Shown: piece after piece, positions 59,741-64,000 of the stretch
How positions within the stretch are numbered: position 1 is the stretch's first letter
How the letters are laid out: the number at the start of each line of letters is the position of its first letter
Assembly: GCA_009602725.1 (NCBI GenBank)
Contig: WELB01000026.1
Coordinates: 410,530-474,529 of the forward strand
DNA from: Spirogloea muscicola
Taxonomy: Eukaryota
Reading direction: 5' to 3'
DNA: 64,000 nt
Program-made: the position numbers and the translations under genes
The notes under the pieces: generated by a model
Told to the model about the DNA's origin: nothing
Database searches by the model: none
Seen by the model: the letters and a program-made list of their open reading frames with translations, nothing else

Positions 59741-62700
59741 CCCCTGGAGTATTCACTGCTATGTCACCATCGCACCCAATCTTGATGCCTTCACGATCTT
59801 CCTTGCTTGCCGTTAGCGCGGGCTTGACGATCCGCTTGCATTCGCTACAAAGGTGTCAGAGGAGACCAGCCCTCGCCAGCGCTCACACGACGTGACTCGC
59901 CATGGTAGGCAAGGAGGTGCCCAATGGAAGCGGGTGTCTGGTGCGTTGCAACCACCCCTGCGAGCGAGCGGCCGTGACACCGCTCACGACGATGCCGTGG
60001 TGGAAGAGCTTTTCTGACTTCATCATGGGTGAGTCATTGGCATCTTGAGGCTGGCAACTGCTGAGTGCCGACCCGGGTCCGGAAGGACCATTGCCGCCAG
60101 CAGTGGCGACAATTTGGGGTTGTCAGAGGTCCGGAGGGAAATCACTGCCAACTATGGCGGCGTGGGTTGGTCGGGTGCTGTCGTCAGGTGCCGTGGTTGC
60201 CACTGGCACCCAAACAGCAGCTACTGCCGGGGTCAACCATTCACGCGCATAGCACCTGCTGTTGGTGGGCTGTCTGCTTGTAAGCATGGAGTCGAAACGG
60301 GCGGCGCTTAGGAGGTGAATGGTGGACTGTGTGCTCAAGGCCGAATTCGTGTCGCTCTTCCTGGATGCTTTGTTTCCTCAAAAGTATCTGCTCATGCGAA
60401 GGCGATGGCCTGACATTTGTCTGGATTGGCGGGCTCCAAGTGGTGCCCCACAGAAGCCCTGCAACCGATGATACTGCAGGGTGATAAGTCAATGGTTGAG
60501 AAGTAGAGTGATCATCCAGCCTCCTTCCCACCGTGCATGAAGTCACACATCGCTGGTGCCCATTCCATGCTGTTGACAGAGGACCCATTGGTAGGTCAGC
60601 AGGCGCCGACTGACGAGGTGGATTGCTAGTGGTAGACCGTTGATAGTCGTCAACGGGTCATGAAACACTGTCCACAGGACCCTGTCGGTGCCAATTATTT
60701 TACAGAGGCCGGTAGGGCGTGGATGCGGATGACCCGCAGCTCGTCGGCTACAGAGGGGGAATCCAAGAGGGAAGGGTGGTGACTTTTTCCTCCACCCTTG
60801 GACTCCTGCACCTTGCCCCTGCAAAGTTCATAACTTTGTTACTGTTGCAGCCCCATTTTAATGCCTTCCCAACCTTTCCTTGCTCACTTGGTAGTCCAGG
60901 CTTGGCATTTTGCTCGCATTCAGTTCACCGATAGTGATCGTTGGTTGACAATGACGTGGACATCAAACTGCTCACGTAAGCGCGTTGGTAATAGACACAA
61001 AGTGGCCGGTGACTTGCCCATTCACTGGTCATGGGAAGGTCGTAAACGGACGTACCATTGTTTGGTTGGAGGTGGGAGAACGACACGGTAGACTACAGGT
61101 TGGGTGGACCGTTGGTAGTCCCGATGACAATAGTGGGCGGGTCGTCAACTCAACACGTGACCATTGGTGCCTGTCACTCCATGGGGGCCGGATTGGTCCA
61201 GGATACGGAGAGACCCGGAGCGCGTGGGCTATACAGGGAGACACTGAGAGGGGCAGGTTGACTTTCTCACTTACCGTCAACCCTAAGACCCCCCCTCAGA
61301 TTCCTTCAGACTTGTAGACCATGAATCTCTGCTCTTATTGTACCGTTGCTAGACCCGTATTATGCCTTCTCGACCTTTCTTGCGTCGCTGCGCGCTTAGG
61401 CTTGGCAATCTGCTCGCCCTTCTTACAGACTGGGAGGCAAAGGCTCTGTGTGGCCAATCATGTGTCGCTGGAAGTACAATCAGGAGGCATGTCGTGATAC
61501 AGCACGTTCAGACACATAGTTGCATCTAGGACCCTTGAGAGGTGCTAAGCATACACTATCCCCTTCGTCTTCATGTAAAGCTTTCCGTAACGGTCAGTGC
61601 AGCCGCGTGTAACAAATTTGTTCATGTCTCTTGGCATCACAATCCTGTCTCTATCAGAGGTAGCAAGAATAGCGTGGCGATAGAAGACAACCTCCTTCTC
61701 GGGTGGCAATGTTTTTGTCCTCCGCATTTCTGCGACTTTCTCAATTGCACCACGTAATGTCCTGAAGCACATAACAAAACATGTCAAATATCTTATAGAA
61801 AGTCTGCAAGGGCAAGCCTGATGATGGAACAGCCAGGAACAGCGGCACTGAAGCTCGCATTTCTGACTGTATTGCTGCACATGCCTTCACAAAGAGCACA
61901 GAAGAAGCCCAGGGCTGCTGGGTAATTTGCTGGGAAACACAGCACGTATTGCTGGACTATAACATGTGATAGTGGCAGTGTGCTGTTGTACAGATTTTGC
62001 AACTTACACAGCTAAATGACGTGTTATCTCTTCTCCAGTCAAGATTGCGCAGCACCCCAGATGTGCACTTTCATTGATTGGGATGGAAGTGCCGTGCTGG
62101 TCCTTTGTCAAATCGTTGTAGAAACCACGTGCTAATATGGGAGCGTCACGAGCTGCTTCAACAGACAGGATGTCCCCTGCAGTATCAGCCCTCTGTGTGG
62201 CCCCAACTAATGCAGCACCTCCACTCGCAATACTCTGACCAACGGTTCGCAACGCCATGGCGTCCAAGTTGTGTGCCCTGTACAAAGGCATGCAGAGCAA
62301 GACCTTTGGTCTCTTGAAAGAGCAGTTAGGGTGAACAAACACGAAAATGCTTACGGAGTGGTATTCTTTGGCAAAGCCATCGCACATATCGCAAAATTAA
62401 CAGTGATAAGATGCACCATCCAATGACGAGAAAGGATGTTTGATGTCAAGGCCCATTTTACGAGCTTGAGGCAGAGCCTCAGCTTCGAATCGCTTTCCTT
62501 GGCTAGAACTTCAACAATTGATTGGCGCATTTAGACGCCTTTCTGGCTGCAGTCTTAAGCATCGGGAACGGAACATCTTTCTCACCTACACTGCAGCTGC
62601 TAAGCGGGGCAGGCCCAGGTTGGCAGGCCGGAGAAGATCCGTGTGACAATCCTCTGACTTTTCAAACCAACAGCCTGTGGAGCCCAATTCATTAGCTCGA

Positions 62701-62799
62701 GCGTTTGCAAAGCTAGAAGAGAAGACGCTTAGAAGCTAGAGCACTACAGGCAGAGCTCTACTGACGACTCGAGCGGGAGTGGCCGGTCACCCCTGTGAT

Positions 62800-64000
62800 A
62801 AGCGCGCAGCTGTACTGAGAAGGTGGTGACAGGGCTGTGTGCACATGAGCCCGTACAAGAGGGGGCGCGTGGTGCGCCTGAGGTGAAAGGGAGGCCAGAT
62901 CAAGCCAAGACAGTGGACGGAGGTGTCACTGGCAGTGACGTACCAGAGGAGAGGTGGCCAAGCCAGGGACAGGCGCGCGCGCCAAGGGAGCGCTATCGGG
63001 GCGGGGGCGCGGGGCGGGACGGCGCAGCGGCCAGGTAGGCGGGAGAAGGCGGGGGCTGGAGCCCCCGATGGACATGCAGGAGTGGCGGTGCGGGTTTTGA
63101 AAGCCAGCTGAGGGCAGGCCGAGGGCGTTCGATTGGCGTGTTGCATGGACAGGCTGCGGAGCCGGGAGGGCGGAGGAGACAACGAGAAAGCAGCTCTTCC
63201 AACGTGAGGGAAGGGCTCTTCCAGTAGAGGGCGAGGGCTGTGCTTGGCCAGCCCGGGAAAGAGAATGAGAGGCCAGCTAGAAGGGGGATGAACATGGGTG
63301 CTGGAAGGTTGGTGGATTCAGCTCGCAGCACATGATCGGGTGGGCGCGGCGCTTCCGTGCGCCTCTGGCCCCTTCGTACTTTGGCCCCTTCGAACCTTGT
63401 CAATCCTTTTTGGGCTGGCTTCTCACAGCCCCCTTGCCCCCATTGGAAGAGCCACTTCTTCCGTGCGGCTTGGCTGTCAAACAACAGCTCTTCCAATATA
63501 AGGCGGCGGCTGTGAAGGACAAGGGGGGATAGCGGTGGCGGGTGGCCACCACCATCGGTGCCCGCCTCGCACGGACGGTCAGCCAAGTCAACCCGCTCTG
63601 TTGTACCGGACACGTCTTGCTGCAGAGGTGGTTAGCCTAACCGTCGCCTTGCAGTCAATTCTTTTCGGGCTGGCTTTTCAAAGCCCTTGCCGCCACTGGG
63701 AGTGCCACTTGTCTTGCAGTGTTCGCGGGCTTCGACGACGGTTCCGACGTCACTGCCCACGGTTGTACAGTGTTAGGCGACGGTTAGGCTAATCACCTCA
63801 GACGAAGTGCTCTCCTATAGAAGGTAGGGGCTGGGAACGAAGAAGGGCTCGCCCATGGGAAAAGCCAGCCCAAAAAGAATGGACAAAGCCGGAAGGCGCC
63901 TAAGACCATACAATTAGACACGAGCCTACCGCAGATGAAAGCTTAGTAACTACGAGTGAGCAGCAGCAAGTCGGAGTAAATCGCAGCAGAGGGCGGCGAT
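62800..64000. repeat. Cluster of CRE-like 3' tails
   Basis: Several GGGCTGGC..CAGCC tails; degenerate RGY-type stop at ~63943 (-). Confidence 0.7.

Noticed and set aside
60045..61320. Possible gag/pol remnant
   Set aside because: No zinc knuckle, protease, RT or integrase motif in the frames inspected.

Overview
Eukaryotic nuclear DNA from a green plant lineage, with GT-AG introns, GC-rich first exons and four N-gaps. The gene content (GRAS, ECA3, RLCK-VII, an At1g12800-type S1 protein, plastocyanin) points to a streptophyte alga, plausibly a zygnematophyte; this is an inference. Genes reconstructed by splicing: a 3-exon UPF0643-like gene, two tandem Hsp31/DJ-1-PfpI paralogs (one frameshifted), mitochondrial ISCA2, a chloroplast S1-domain RNA-binding protein, an orphan first exon of a choline-phosphate cytidylyltransferase, an 8-exon GRAS factor whose 7 introns are all phase 0, plastocyanin, a ~33-exon ECA3 P2A-ATPase and a PBL/RLCK-VII kinase. 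The intergenic DNA is dominated by a diversified family of 5'-truncated CRE-like non-LTR retrotransposons (CCHC knuckle plus restriction-like endonuclease). These share a conserved C-terminal ...L(T/S/N)RGY* peptide and a 3' hairpin tail (GGGCTGGC-N-CAGCC ... TTC). They nest in one another with visible TSDs, down to a 59-nt mobile unit. A ~780-bp TRIM-like miniature LTR element with a tRNA-Ala-type PBS and a PPT sits at 56738-57517.
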